Assembly: GCA_002104905.1 (NCBI GenBank)
Contig: MCFE01000713.1
Coordinates: 1-42,768 of the forward strand
DNA from: Basidiobolus meristosporus CBS 931.73
Taxonomy: Eukaryota; Fungi; Basidiobolomycota
Direction of reading: 5' to 3'
DNA length: 42,768 bases
The position numbers were made by a program, and so were the translations under genes. This document shows, in pieces, positions 1-11,661 of this stretch (positions within the stretch are counted from its first letter, which is position 1; each line of letters opens with the position of its first letter). The notes beneath the pieces are model-generated. The model was not told the origin of the DNA and did no database searches. It was given only the letters and a program-made list of their open reading frames with translations.

Positions 1-1360
1 AGGGGACATTTATTTGTGGTGGCCTTCTGATGGGTTCATGCCAATGATTTCTCATATTTTTTTGGCTACATTCTCATCTGCTGAAGTATTGTGGGCAGCT
101 TACAGATGCACAGATATTCTCAATTTCCAGCTTGACAGAGAGCTGCAGGAGTGCATTGTTATTTTTAGTGGGTACACTGTCCACATGGCCTTTTGGTATG
201 TAACCCTGCTTGTTGTACTGAATGAGAAAGTGAGGTGTTTTCCCACCATTCTTCTGTTGCTGTTAGCAGCAGGATTTGGTTGGGAAATATACTACTTTGC
301 TTTATTTTCTAGTGGCATGTATATGGAAGCAATTCAAATCAAAGGGGACAGGGTGCAACAGATGCAGGTGTATGTGGTTCCTCAACTGTCTTGAAAATGC
401 TTACCATGTCAGGTAATTGTGGATTCTCACATTGATGTAGCTGCAATATCCCAAATTCATGACTGTCTTAAGTTCACATGAGTATTAGCAAATAAGTGAA
501 ATAACAGTATCATTATGTTGAGAGGCAAGTTGCTTGCCCCATGGAGAGTACTATTTGACTTCATCACCTTAAGAGACGCAAAAATGTCCATGGACAATTG
601 TAACAAGCCTCTCAGCCATGAAGTACACAGACAGCCTAGGAAACATTGCACATATTGCAGCAGTGTTTTCCCACTTAAGTTTTATTTGACCCTTCCTCAG
701 TTTCTACTCTACAAACCATATCTTGCCAGCCACTCAATACATGTATAATGGCACCTAGTAGTTCTTGTCATCTTGCACAAGCTGAGTTGGGTGTGATTTT
801 GATGTCTTTAGGCACACTTCAGCCTTCTGAATACTGTACACTGTATGAATGCTTTGAAGATCAAGACTCACTGATAGGTTGAGAGCCTATCTTCTCTATC
901 AACAGTACCCTATAAGAGCCTGGCAAAATCCTAATATGCAATGATATAACACTTGTGGAGAAAAGCCAAGATTATTTTATTGAACCAAGTGAGCTCAGAA
1001 ATCCATCTAGTTGTGAATGATGTGATCTTGTGGCTAGAGAAGTGATGTGTTTCCACTAATGTCAATTAATGGGGGCTTGGAGGATTTACAACTACTTCTT
1101 GCCATAATCATTCTGGGATGCAACTATTGTATTGATGGTGCAAATGTAAAACCTTTCTGAGGTCGGCAACATATGGCCTAGCAACCATCTTGATACCAGC
1201 ATTTGTTAGCAGTTGCATGGTATTCACATTGAAAGGTTCCTCCATTGCAAGGTGTCCAACTTGCCAAGAGTCCACAGCCATGAGAGGAAAATATTGTTCA
1301 CACTCCAGATATATTTCAGTAATACCCTTTCTAAGGAAGCTCATGTAGTGCAACAAATAA
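1..1360. mobile_element. Degenerate CACTA/EnSpm-like DNA transposon relic, copy 1: unknown ORF2 relic on minus (~560->1) and transposase N-terminal relic on plus (~730->1320)
   Basis: 60-560 is colinear with 10380-10860 and with the reverse complement of 14030-14480. 690-1320 is colinear with 11040-11660, which encodes the C-x-N-x-(C/Y)-M...CxxC region typical of fungal CACTA transposases. Many stops/frameshifts, almost no CpG. Boundaries approximate. Confidence 0.65.
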
Positions 1361-1364
1361 TGTG

Positions 1365-2233
1365 TGTGGTAAAATTTGTAATTCCACCTAAATATTCTGC
1401 TTACTTAGTCACTTAGATCATTAGCTTCAAATCCTAGAGGATACTGACCAAATTTGTTGTGAGATTTACTTGGAAAATTTTCACAAAAATATCTGGTACC
1501 CTGATCATGAAAATCCTGAAAGTTATCCAAACAGCCCCAAACCTTGCACACATGGTCCTGGGACCTTCCTATGCCTATTCTATGTGGTGCTTGTGTCAAG
1601 ATCATTTACAAGTACAAATACTATTCTTACATTCAATAAATCATTGAGTGAAGATCACTTAATCTACTTGTTCTCCCATTCACTGCCAATAACTCCAAGA
1701 CTTTTACAGCAGGTTATGAGCCCCAAGCTATTGATCTCTGCAGTATTTACTACTGCCATTACCGGAATTTTTACTCTGCTGAAAAGTTAAATGGATCCAA
1801 CTACTAAGTGTGAAGGTGAAGACAAAGATGCTCCTACAACAAAGAGGCCTTTGGGATATTTTCAGGGGAAAAGAATGCCCTCCTAAAGTGTGGGAGAGGA
1901 AACCTCAGAGTGCCAGAAGAACAAACATGGTGACTTTAACTGCATTTGCCTTAATGTCAAAGACAAATTGCTAATTCAATGTGCAAGTGTAAACACAACA
2001 AAGAAGGCCTGAAAAGCATTAGAAGAAATGTACCTGTCAATTTCTGCTGCCAAGAAAATATAATTTAGTCCAAAATCCTTTAATACAAAGATGTTGCTGG
2101 GGGAAGAAATGAAAAATCAAATTAAAAGAATTACCCTGCTGGTCAATGAGATGGAATTTATGAGCATACCAACTATTGCTGATGATGCAATAACAACTAT
2201 CCTGAATAGCCTGACCAACAAGTCCCAGGGCCA
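1365..2233 (+). mobile_element. Ty1/copia relic copy A: 5' LTR (1365-1711), PBS (1712-1724), decayed gag (~1746-2233)
   Basis: LTR begins TGTGG and ends CAGCA (cf. TGTTG...CAACA in copy B). It is followed by GGTTATGAGCCCC and by gag that aligns with 13036->12540 but carries stops and frameshifts. Confidence 0.85.
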
Positions 2234-2259
2234 TTTGGAAAGATAGTACACAGTGTTAG

Positions 2260-3590
2260 CTGCCCAAAGTATATCTTGGCCACAGGTCATTAATTTTGTG
2301 AAGACCTATTAACAGGATCTTCATGACTATATCTTATAAAAGCTTACTAACTTCAACATATATACATCCTTGCTGCAGTTGTCACATCTTTATCACCCAT
2401 GCTTGACAGCTTCTCTACAGGATATCTGCAGCGGTGCCATATAACACATATTGAGGTAACATAAGCATATGCATGGCTGCTACCATTTTGGCCATGCATA
2501 CCTCCTGAATATCCAAGAAATACCTCTTAGTACTTGAACTGCATGTTACTTCTCCCTGCTGGATTCTAGTCCCCATATATGTACACTCTAGCTCTTGATC
2601 ATTAGAATATTGTACTGAATTCTTAAGAAATTGCTTTGTACCTAGGAGGAGCCCCACATACTTTGGTAAAGTAGTTCTAACTAAACTTTGTTGCTTGCTG
2701 CCTTTAGCTTAACCTAGCATTAGCTAAGTGGTTACTCACACATTGTGGCTGCTCAGCAATCTTGATACCAAAGGCAAAGATGTCTTCATGAGCACATCTG
2801 CCCAAAGAACTTTTCAACCCATTCAGGCTGTCATCCATGTGCCAACTCATCACATCCAAACAAGCTTGAGGGCTATATTCTTGACTAGATTGGTATATGG
2901 TAGTACCTGCACCTTGACTTGCTTTCTTATCTCCCCATACATGTGCTCCATAGGAAACTCCCAATAGATGAAGCAAGGATCAATATTCCTCACATACCAC
3001 ACAATATGGAGCAGAGAATGGCTGCAATTACAGCAGAAATCTATATATTCTGCTTATACTAGTATAGCTGCTTAAATCCTGCCATAACTCCTCACATAAA
3101 AGCTGTAGATGCATCAAGCAGCATTGGTAATTTACTTCTGATAATTATTTTTACAATGTTAGCATTTGATTCTCAATGCTACAATGTATTCTTGGTAGAA
3201 ACCGCTCCTGAAGGCCACTCAAGAAACACATATCCAACTCAATCAGCCCTTACATTTGTATATTTACATATATATATGTATACTGACTGAAGCCTGTGCA
3301 AAGTACTTTGAGCAGCATATACACAATAACATTTTGCCAATTCCTTCAAGTTTCTCTGGTATCTCAAAGTGCTTATTCAGATCAAAGGTTACCATCCATT
3401 GTGCTCAGAAAAGCTAGCTAAGTTGCTGATGGCAGGAGCATCTCCAATGTAAATAAAAATATGCGCTTTGATATGGCAGCCATTTACTAGTATCCCACTT
3501 GAAAGCGTACAGAATTTAGTCAGCAATGGATACAGGTAGCTATACAGGTTGAACAGGGATTCAGGCCCAGACATCAGTGAGACCACCATC
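2260..3590 (-). pseudogene. CACTA/EnSpm (Transposase_21-like) transposase relic, central and C-terminal part
   Basis: Minus strand encodes IGDAPAISNLASFSEHNGW (~3390-3460; GDxPA...GHNG motif) and IYWEFPMEHMYG (~2930-2970; W-x-F-P-M-E-R motif). Reading frame is fragmented. Confidence 0.7.
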
Positions 3591-3599
3591 AGATTATTG

Positions 3600-6030
3600 T
3601 TCTGTTACCGTAATATGGGTAAGTTCTCCACCATTGGCAGAGTATATTTTCTTGATTTTTCACCAGTATCTTTCTCCATCATTTCTTTAAACTCCTTGAG
3701 CACTGACAAAGCTTCTTCCTTGCGCTCCATGAATTAAACCACATGTATTTAGTATCATCATCATGAAAAGTGATCAAACACTACATCCTGCCCAAGGATA
3801 GATCTTGCATAGGTCCACACAGATCTGAGTGCACAAAATCTAATTTTTTTTTAGTTTTGATTAACCCAGAGCTCTTGAGCAATTGTATGGCTTGTTTCCT
3901 AAGTATTCAGGCTTTTGCATCCAGACTTGTCAAACTTGAAGCCAAGTTCTTCTGCTGTGGCTTTGTTTACAGATAGTAGGTTTTGGGCTATTTCTGGCTC
4001 ATAGAGTACTTGTTGAAAGGTCAATGTATGGCTTTCTTCACTGCCTTTAAGGTTTATTTAAATAAATCTTCCTCCTACTGCATCAGTGTTCTACTGACAC
4101 CCATGAAAATCTTTGTAGTTAGAATTTCATGCGTTAGGAAAACACTTACTTTGGTGTGTACAGTGTTGAGATGTCTAGAGTGAATATACTATGTTGAAAA
4201 ATCCTTGTTTAAAGTCATTATTAGTGCAGATATGAATAGTCTTTCTTCAGATGTTGCAGTATTTCCTTCTTCAAGCTTTTCTGCTGACTACCTCTCTCTT
4301 CCAAGCACTGGTCTGAAGTGTGCCCTTTCTGCTCAAATATTGGACTATTGGTATAATTCTGCAGCTAAAGATTTACTTAGCAATTCTGGACTAGTGTTGA
4401 TCACTGTGGGACTAATTTACAGCTCTAACTTTGCCACTTTTTTCAGATCTATGATCTTATGATAATTCCCCTATAGGCAGGATCAAAGTAGCACTAATAC
4501 TGATTATTATGTACTAACCCTGAAACCGTTACAGAATGCTCCTGAATATTGAGAAACCCTCCTTACTTAATGTCACAGCTTTATTACTTCTGCAAATGTA
4601 TAAATACTGAGCTTCTTTATCAATAAACAACAATTCAGCTATTATCACTATTTCTTGATAAGTTCCTTAAATACAAATAACTTCTTATATTGCAACACTT
4701 TCCATTTGCAGTAATTGCACAACAGATTAGTATAGACTTTGAAAGGCTTTAGGCATCTCCTTAGTTGGTTATCATTGCATATTAAGATATTTTCTTCTTC
4801 CTTCTTGTTGGTGCTGTGGAGGTGTATAGGTCCAAGGGAGAGATACGTCCAACACTTCTCAAGTGATTTGAGTGTGGGGTGTTCACTGGGTGCAATAACC
4901 TCTGGCAAAAGCTTGCTAGGAATACTTGGGTTCTGTCTCTAATCCAATGTGAAGGGGAATAAAGCCACAAGCTTGTCAAGGGAAAACTATTGAGCTACAA
5001 TCCCCAACTTAGTTGGCGTCTTAACAAAAGTATGTGCTGGGTTCAGTGTCCTTTGAGATGACAATGTACTAAAGCTTCCAAAGTCAAAACAACTGTAAAT
5101 TCCACCAGCAGGGACTTGATAAGAATGCAGCTGTGTTCAATAGTTACAAAGACAGAAAAGTATCTTTGCCTGTACAAGAACAAACTTGGGAAAGAATCAA
5201 ATATAATAAAAGTTACCTACTCTGCAACAAGTTGGAATATTGCTAAAAAGGGATGATCATTTGTTGTTGGGGGCAGCCTCCCTTATATACTTTTCTTACT
5301 GGCAAAGTGGTTACTAATCCTGGTGTTCCAGGAGGTTCCAGATATCAATAGAAATCCTGATGACATCAGAATGACCCAAGAAAGTTCTAAGTAGGTGCCA
5401 GGAGGTTCTAAGAGGCACAGCACATCCAACCAATCCGGAATCAGTATTCTGAAACCTGTGTAACATAGGGATACCATATATGGTATGAAAATGGTAGGGA
5501 TGGTGTCACAGGTTGATTATGTGTCACAGGTACTGGTGCAGGTACTTGCCTAATATAGAAGCACTTATAGCTAGTAATCTTACATAAAGTGAGGGGTAAC
5601 TGATGCAATAAGGTAAGCAAGTGTGATAGTCAACCGGCTTATGGCATAGTACTGATCAGGTAAGACAAATGGGATAAAACTAAAATAAGTGTAGTAGAGA
5701 TATAGGGAAGTAGAAAATAAGGGAATGAGCACATCTGTTAGTGGGTGTTACTGTCACCCTGCTACAGCACTTGATTTTCTTAACTTTTTATCCAGGAACC
5801 TTCCATATGTGTGATTTAAGGTCAGATCTGCAATTCTGGACTCTAGAGCTGATAATTCTGTCAAATTTTTCCGCTATTTCCAAGGGCTCATTTTGGCTCA
5901 AATGCCTCATACAAAGTTTGGTCACTAGTATAGGGATATTGAAAAAGAGCAAATATATTGGTTACAGTGGAAAGCTTCTGCTCTTACAGACTCCATTTAT
6001 CTTAAGTATACTCAGTTTTCACTAATACCC
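3600..6030 (-). mobile_element. Ty1/copia relic copy D (gag, zinc knuckle, protease, GAG-pre-integrase, start of integrase), interrupted by a gypsy-type solo LTR
   Basis: 5767-6030 and 4640-4814 align with copia B gag (LRKSS|ANKKEEEN, LLCNYCK). 3640-4340 aligns with copia B 12330->11800 and continues into an integrase-like stretch, FKEMMEKDTGEK...NGGE. Confidence 0.8.
4815..5766 (-). repeat. Solo LTR (952 bp) of a Ty3/gypsy-like family, with a 4-bp target-site duplication
   Basis: On minus it starts TGTAGCAGGG (5766) and ends ...CTCCACA (4815), colinear with LTR 7742-8987. It splits copia gag exactly at tcaaGTGC|caa. Flanks read GTGC and GCAC, consistent with one GCGC site after CpG decay. 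Confidence 0.85.
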
Positions 6031-6099
6031 TATCTACGCTAACAACTTATAGCTTACCAGCTTTGTTGCAAGTACAAGTTGACCTCTATACATCTTCAC

Positions 6100-7080
6100 T
6101 GTGGGACACTGATGTTCTTAGTGTTGGTGTCTGGATAATAGTGCATGTGAGCTATGGATAAATTCCCTGTTTCTCACACATTTGAAGGCAATTCCATCCA
6201 TTATGCCTAGATATGCCTGCTATCTTGCTGATGGCTGGGGCGTCTCCAATGCAGATAATACTATGTGCATTTATATAAAAGTAACTGACTGGTAATCTGC
6301 TAGATAACATACAAGGTTCATCCAACAATATACACAGGTAGCTATCCAGGCTCAACAGTGATCTAGGCCCATATATATGTGAGCCAAGCATTAGATATTG
6401 CTCTATGGCTGTGTAATATTTTTTGGGCTAGATGAGCTTCTGTAGACATAGTATTAATGAATACTTATAAAATGTGAGTAATCATTTCCTCCTATGGTGG
6501 TATATTCCTGGCAAGCTTAGCACCTTGCAACAATATTATTACTGATGTGAATAACATGCAACCGTTAGCAAATGCTGGAATCATAATGGTTACTATATCA
6601 TGTGCTGCCAGCTGCATAACAGTTAATCATTTCCACCATTTGCATTGTCAATTGTATTTCAGGATGATTTTGGCAAGAAATATCAGTAAACCCTTGAGGC
6701 TACTTTTACTAGCATTGGAGGGAGCACACCACTGCTCAAGCCACAACATCACAGTATTCTCCACTAAGTGTGTTACTGATCTCACTTGGCTCCATAAGAT
6801 AATACTCTAGTTATTTCCTTGGGAGTTATCACATCATATATTGAGACTTTGCTGGTCACATGCAAGGTACTGTTGTGACCATCAGTAAGCCTTCTCCTAC
6901 AGTGCTATCACTGTGCAAGCTACATTTAGCACCATAAGGTCAGCCAAAAGGCATCACAAGCTCACCTGATTCATCTTACCCAAGGTAAAATAGGTGGCTA
7001 GGGGCTGCAACTGAAGTATCAAATGGCCAGCAGGATATTACTGGTATATGAGTGACTGATTAAAGCTCAAGTATGACTTG
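6100..7080 (-). pseudogene. CACTA/EnSpm transposase relic
   Basis: Minus strand encodes GPRSLLSLDSYLCILLDE...IGDAPAISKIAGISRHNGWNCLQMC (6152-6391; GP...DxxL and GDxPA...HNG...CxxC motifs). 6450-7080 is the reverse complement of the region shared with 11040-11660. Confidence 0.75.
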
Positions 7081-7109
7081 AGCAGCAAATGCATGCTGCC
7101 TAGGAGAAC

Positions 7110-8987
7110 ATGTTTCATCTCTGCAAAGCATGGAATGCAAGACTTGTCATCCTTAGCTGCATGTATGTCAACTTTCCGTGCCTAGTCCTGGGGAGGCCCT
7201 TGTACAAGGTAAGTTTCATGGTAGACTCAGTTATTGCCTGGGACTCTAGGAGTGGCTTGGCCATGTCTTCATACTGTTGACTGAACTTTTCAAGTGGTAG
7301 CTTGGAAATTTCAGTCCTTTCAAAGTGTTTGAGGTCTTCAATTCCATAGTACATCTGGGTATACCATACTTGGTTTGTAGGTAGGTCTTCATTAATGCCC
7401 AGTCAGTGAGATTGTCTCCTTGTGTGAGGAGCTTAGTGGTAATATCATTGGTGCATTAGTAGGGGAAGTCTTCAACCATTTCATGCTCAGATAGCGTGCA
7501 CATCTTGCAGAGCTTCTCTCATTTGAATATGAAGCTCTCCACATTCTTTCCATCAAACTGTGGGGCTCCATGTGAGAGTGGTAATGGCATAGAATTCAAT
7601 TTGGGTAGGTAGCTTGGTGTTGTAATCTTGACAATATTGGTAGTCTGTTTTCAATGAGCAAATAATGGCTCAAATCCTCTGGTAAATCTTGTTTGGTCCT
7701 AGGGAGCTTGTAAGAACCCCCCCCATGTTGGGTGCCAAATATGTGGTTGTGTATAAGTCCAAGGGAGAGATATGTCCAACACTTCTCAAGTGTGCAGGGT
7801 GTTCACTGGGTGCAATAGCCACTGGCAAAAGCTTGCTTGGAATACTTGGGTTTTGTCTCTACACTAAATTGTAGGAGAATAAAGCCACAAGCTTGTCAAG
7901 GGAAAACTATTGAGCTACAATCCTAACTTAGTTGGCATCTTAACAAAAGCATGTGCTGGCTTCAGCGTCCTTTGAGATTACAATGGACTAAAGCTTCCAA
8001 AGTCAAAGCAACTGTAAACTCCACCAGCAGGGACTTGATTAGAATGCAGCTGTGGCAAATAGTTACAAAGACAGAAAAGTATTTTTGCCTCTACACAACA
8101 AATTTGGGAAAGAATATGATAAAATAAAGTAGGCCTACTGCAAGTATTCCTTACAAGTAATGCCTCCAAGGTCAGTTGGCTGTCTGTGTAGTCTCCTGGG
8201 AGTGTCCTGTGGTCTGAAATTGGTAGCTTAGGTTGCAGCAGATAGCAGTCATCACACTAATTAACAAGTTGGTATATTGATAAATGGGATAATGGCTTAT
8301 TTCTGAGGGACTACCTTCCATTTGTCCTTTTTTCACTGGCCAAGTTATTTTTAATTATGGTGCTTCAGAAGGTTCTTAACTCAAAATGTCCTGTGGTCTG
8401 GGGTTGGAAGTTCAGGTAGCAGCAAGTAGCAGTGATCACACTAATCCACAAGTTGGTATATTGATAAAAGGGATGATTATTTATTGTTGAGGGATTGCCA
8501 CCCTTATATACACTTCTTGCTGGCTAAGTAATTACTAATCATGGTGTTCCTGAAGGTTCCGGAGATCAATTGAAATCTCTATGACATCAAAATGAGCTAA
8601 GAGTACTCTAAGTAGGTGCCAGACGGTTCTAAGTGGCACAGCACATCTAACCAATCAGGAACCAGTACTCTGAAACCTGCATAACATATGGATACCATAC
8701 ACGGTATAGAATTGATAAGGATGGTGATACAAATTGGTCATGTGTCACAGGTACTGGTATGTGTACTTGCCAAATATAGAAGCACATATAGGTAGGAATC
8801 TTATATAAAGTGAGGGATAACTTATGCAATAAGGTAAGCAGGTGTGATAGTCAGCCTGCTTATAGGATAGTACTGATCAAGCAAAACTAATGGGATAAAA
8901 CTAAAATAAGTGTAGTAGAGAAATAGGGAAGTAGAATATATGGGAATAAGCACATCTGTTGGTAGGTGTCACTATAATCCCATCACA
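7110..8987 (-). mobile_element. Truncated Ty3/gypsy-like retrotransposon: 5' LTR (8987->7742), tRNA-Lys-type PBS (7737->7720), gag relic (7590->~7110)
   Basis: LTR runs TGTGATGGG...AACCACA and is colinear with 4815-5766. PBS is TGGCACCCAACATGGGGG. Gag starts MPLPLSHGAPQFDGKNVESFIFK*EKL, resembling the AP-x-FDG-x-N motif of fungal gypsy Gag N-termini, with nonsense mutations. Confidence 0.8.
8203..8560. repeat. Internal tandem duplication (~184-bp unit) within the gypsy LTR
   Basis: TGTCCTGTGGTCTG...CACACTAAT...CAAGTTGGTATATTGATAAA.GGGAT recurs at 8203 and 8387. The solo LTR at 4815-5766 lacks this duplication. Confidence 0.75.
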
Positions 8988-11660
8988 GCAGGAACCCAAC
9001 AGTTTTGTGCCACTGGTCATTCACTGGATCCCACACATCCTGGTCTTCAGTTGGTACTGCAAGGTCTAGTACCTCATATACCAGTCCTTGCAATAAATTG
9101 CTGCAATATTCAAGTGCGTTTTCTTGAGCACTGCTCTTGATGAAGTGCTGCAATCTCTTGGTATGCCTATTGACATTCCAAAATTCAACCAAAGCCATTT
9201 TGATAGTCTTTCAAGTTCTTGAAGTTGTAGCCTTGTTTGTCAGTGAGATCTCCACTGTGTCAACAATGGAGGATCTGGAGGCTGTGGCAGACAAATTGCC
9301 TTTCTTTGAAAACTCATATACTTTGCTGGAGTGTAGTTCAGCTGCCTCCACATCCAACTGTTGTGTAAGCAGCTGTTTGCAGGTTGGTAATTCTTCTTGG
9401 CTCTGATGGAATTTAGTCTGTTCTGTGCTCACAGCGTTAATTGACAAGAACTGCAGTTCTCTTTGTATGCTTCTCTGTCTCAGGCTTGGGTAGACATATT
9501 TCCCTCTACTTCTTCCTTTATCACTGCCAGATCTTTCACTGCTACTTTGACTGGGTGCTTCTTGAATGGTAATAAGCTTTCCTTGATAAATGCTATGCTG
9601 GTGCATCTGTATCTGCCTGCTTATCTCTAATTGCACTCTTCCAGCTACCTGACATCTCTTTGACACTTGTTTTGAGCTTTTGGCCCTGCTTGCAATGGGC
9701 ACTTGAGGAAGCCACTGGTTTTTAGCCATGGCACCCTTGTTCTTCTGCCTTTGATAGTTTCTGCTATTCTAAAGATACTTTCTTAGCATGCCAATACTGG
9801 CCCAAGTTCTGTTTGCCTGTTTTAATCCAGAAAAATGCTCATGGTACAAGTCAAATTCAATCTGTTTGGCCTTGAGTTCCTGATGGTCTCATGGTATGCC
9901 AGCCTTAAGGTGATGTCAGCTTCTGACAGCCTCTTGAATATTAGCCCACTCTTCATTATTGCATTCAATGGCTTCACAGATCTACAATGTCTTTTGACTT
10001 TTAGGCTTTGGTACAAACACCACACTGTCTCTCTCCAATGCTGTGTTGGGCCTTTCTGTGGGCTTTGTCATTGGGCACTGTTGTTGTGCCTCAAAGATTG
10101 TACAGTGTTCCTCTGTTGTTACATAAGGAAATGGCTCAAATGTTGGCTGTAACATTGAGCTACTTGAGTTCCTTCTTTGCACCAAAAATATTGCTTTCTC
10201 TATCTAGGATATTAGTTGCTCTACACACATTATCTGCTAATCTTGTTTCTGGACTATTTCCTGATTTCTCTGGGCCATTGCATCTATCCTAGCAGCCACT
10301 GCACCCAATTGCTTCATTAATGCTTTGGTATGAGCTGACAACATACTTGCTAATATGGGTGGTGATGATATTATGACAGCCACTTGTTAGTCTTCAGCTG
10401 AAGGTACTGCATTTGCTATACTCTCATGTGCCTGAGCATAATGGTCAGTTTTTGGCTCTACAGATGTTCTCAATTGCCTACTTGAATGAGAGCCTGAGGA
10501 GTCTGCATTATTACCTTCAGTGGGGAATCTGTCATCATGGCCTCTTTTGGATGTAGCCCTACTTGTTGTACTGATTGTCAAAGTAAGCTGTTGTCCAGCT
10601 GTTTTTCTGCTGCTGTCAGTGGTAGGTCTGGTCAAGAACCAGACAACTTTACTTTATTTTTTGGCGGCATATATATGGCAGTGAGTCAAAGCAAAGGGGA
10701 AACAGTGTTACATATACATGGGTATTTGGTACTACAACATTATTTATAATGCTTACTATGGCAGGTCATCATTGAATCTTGCATTCATGTAGGTGCAATG
10801 TCTCAAATACAAGACTCCCTTAATTTCACATTAGTATTGACCAAAAGTGATGTAACTGTGTTAAATTGTTGAAGGTCTAACTGTTTGCCCCCTGGTCAGG
10901 ACTACTTTGATTCAACACCAGAAGAGAAGAGAAAAAAGACCATGTGGCTATTGTAGCAAGCCTCTCAGACATGAAGCATGCAAACAGCATAAGAAGTATT
11001 ACAAGAATAACAGCCAGTGGTTTGCCACACAAGTCAAATTCAACCACTCAGCAGTCACTGCTGTACCAACATTACCTTGCTAGCCAGTTGATACTTCTAT
11101 ATTGGCACCTGGCCATCTTTGTAGCCTTACAGAAACTGGGTTGGGTGAGCTTGTGATGCATTTGGGCTCACCTCAGCCTTCTGAATATGGCATGCAGAGT
11201 GATAGCTCTGACAAAGAAGGCTCACAAACGGACTGTGAGCTTATCTCCCCCAACAACAGTACTACACATGAGTCTGGTTATGTCCCAATATGCAATGAGA
11301 TAGCACCCATTGAAACAAATGCTAAGGATACCTTATGGAGCCAAGTGAGCCCAGTGATCCATCTACTGGTGCATGATATATTGTGGTGGCTAGAGAAGTG
11401 GTGCATTTCCACTAATATTAGTAATGGGGGCTTTGAGGTTTTACCACTACTTTTTGCCAAAATCATTCCAGGATGTAACTTACCATGTGCACAGAACAGG
11501 TGGACAACCATCATGCAGCTGGCAACATATGACCCAGAAACTGTCCTGATTCCAGCATGTATTAACAGTTACATGGCACTCACATCCAAAAATGCTACCA
11601 TTGCAATGTGTTCTAATTGTCAGGAATAGCCACCATTGAGGGAAAACACTGTTCACACTC
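8988..11660. mobile_element. CACTA-like relic copy 2: ORF2 relic on minus (~10900->8988) divergent from transposase N-terminus on plus (~11100-11660)
   Basis: ORF 11102-11629 ends ...PACINSYMALTSKNATIAMCSNCQE*, the CACTA Cys cluster. ORF2 fragments (9211-9729, 8983-9198, 10387-10635) match 14100-16100 and 41280-41970. Confidence 0.7.
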
Positions 11661-11661
11661 T

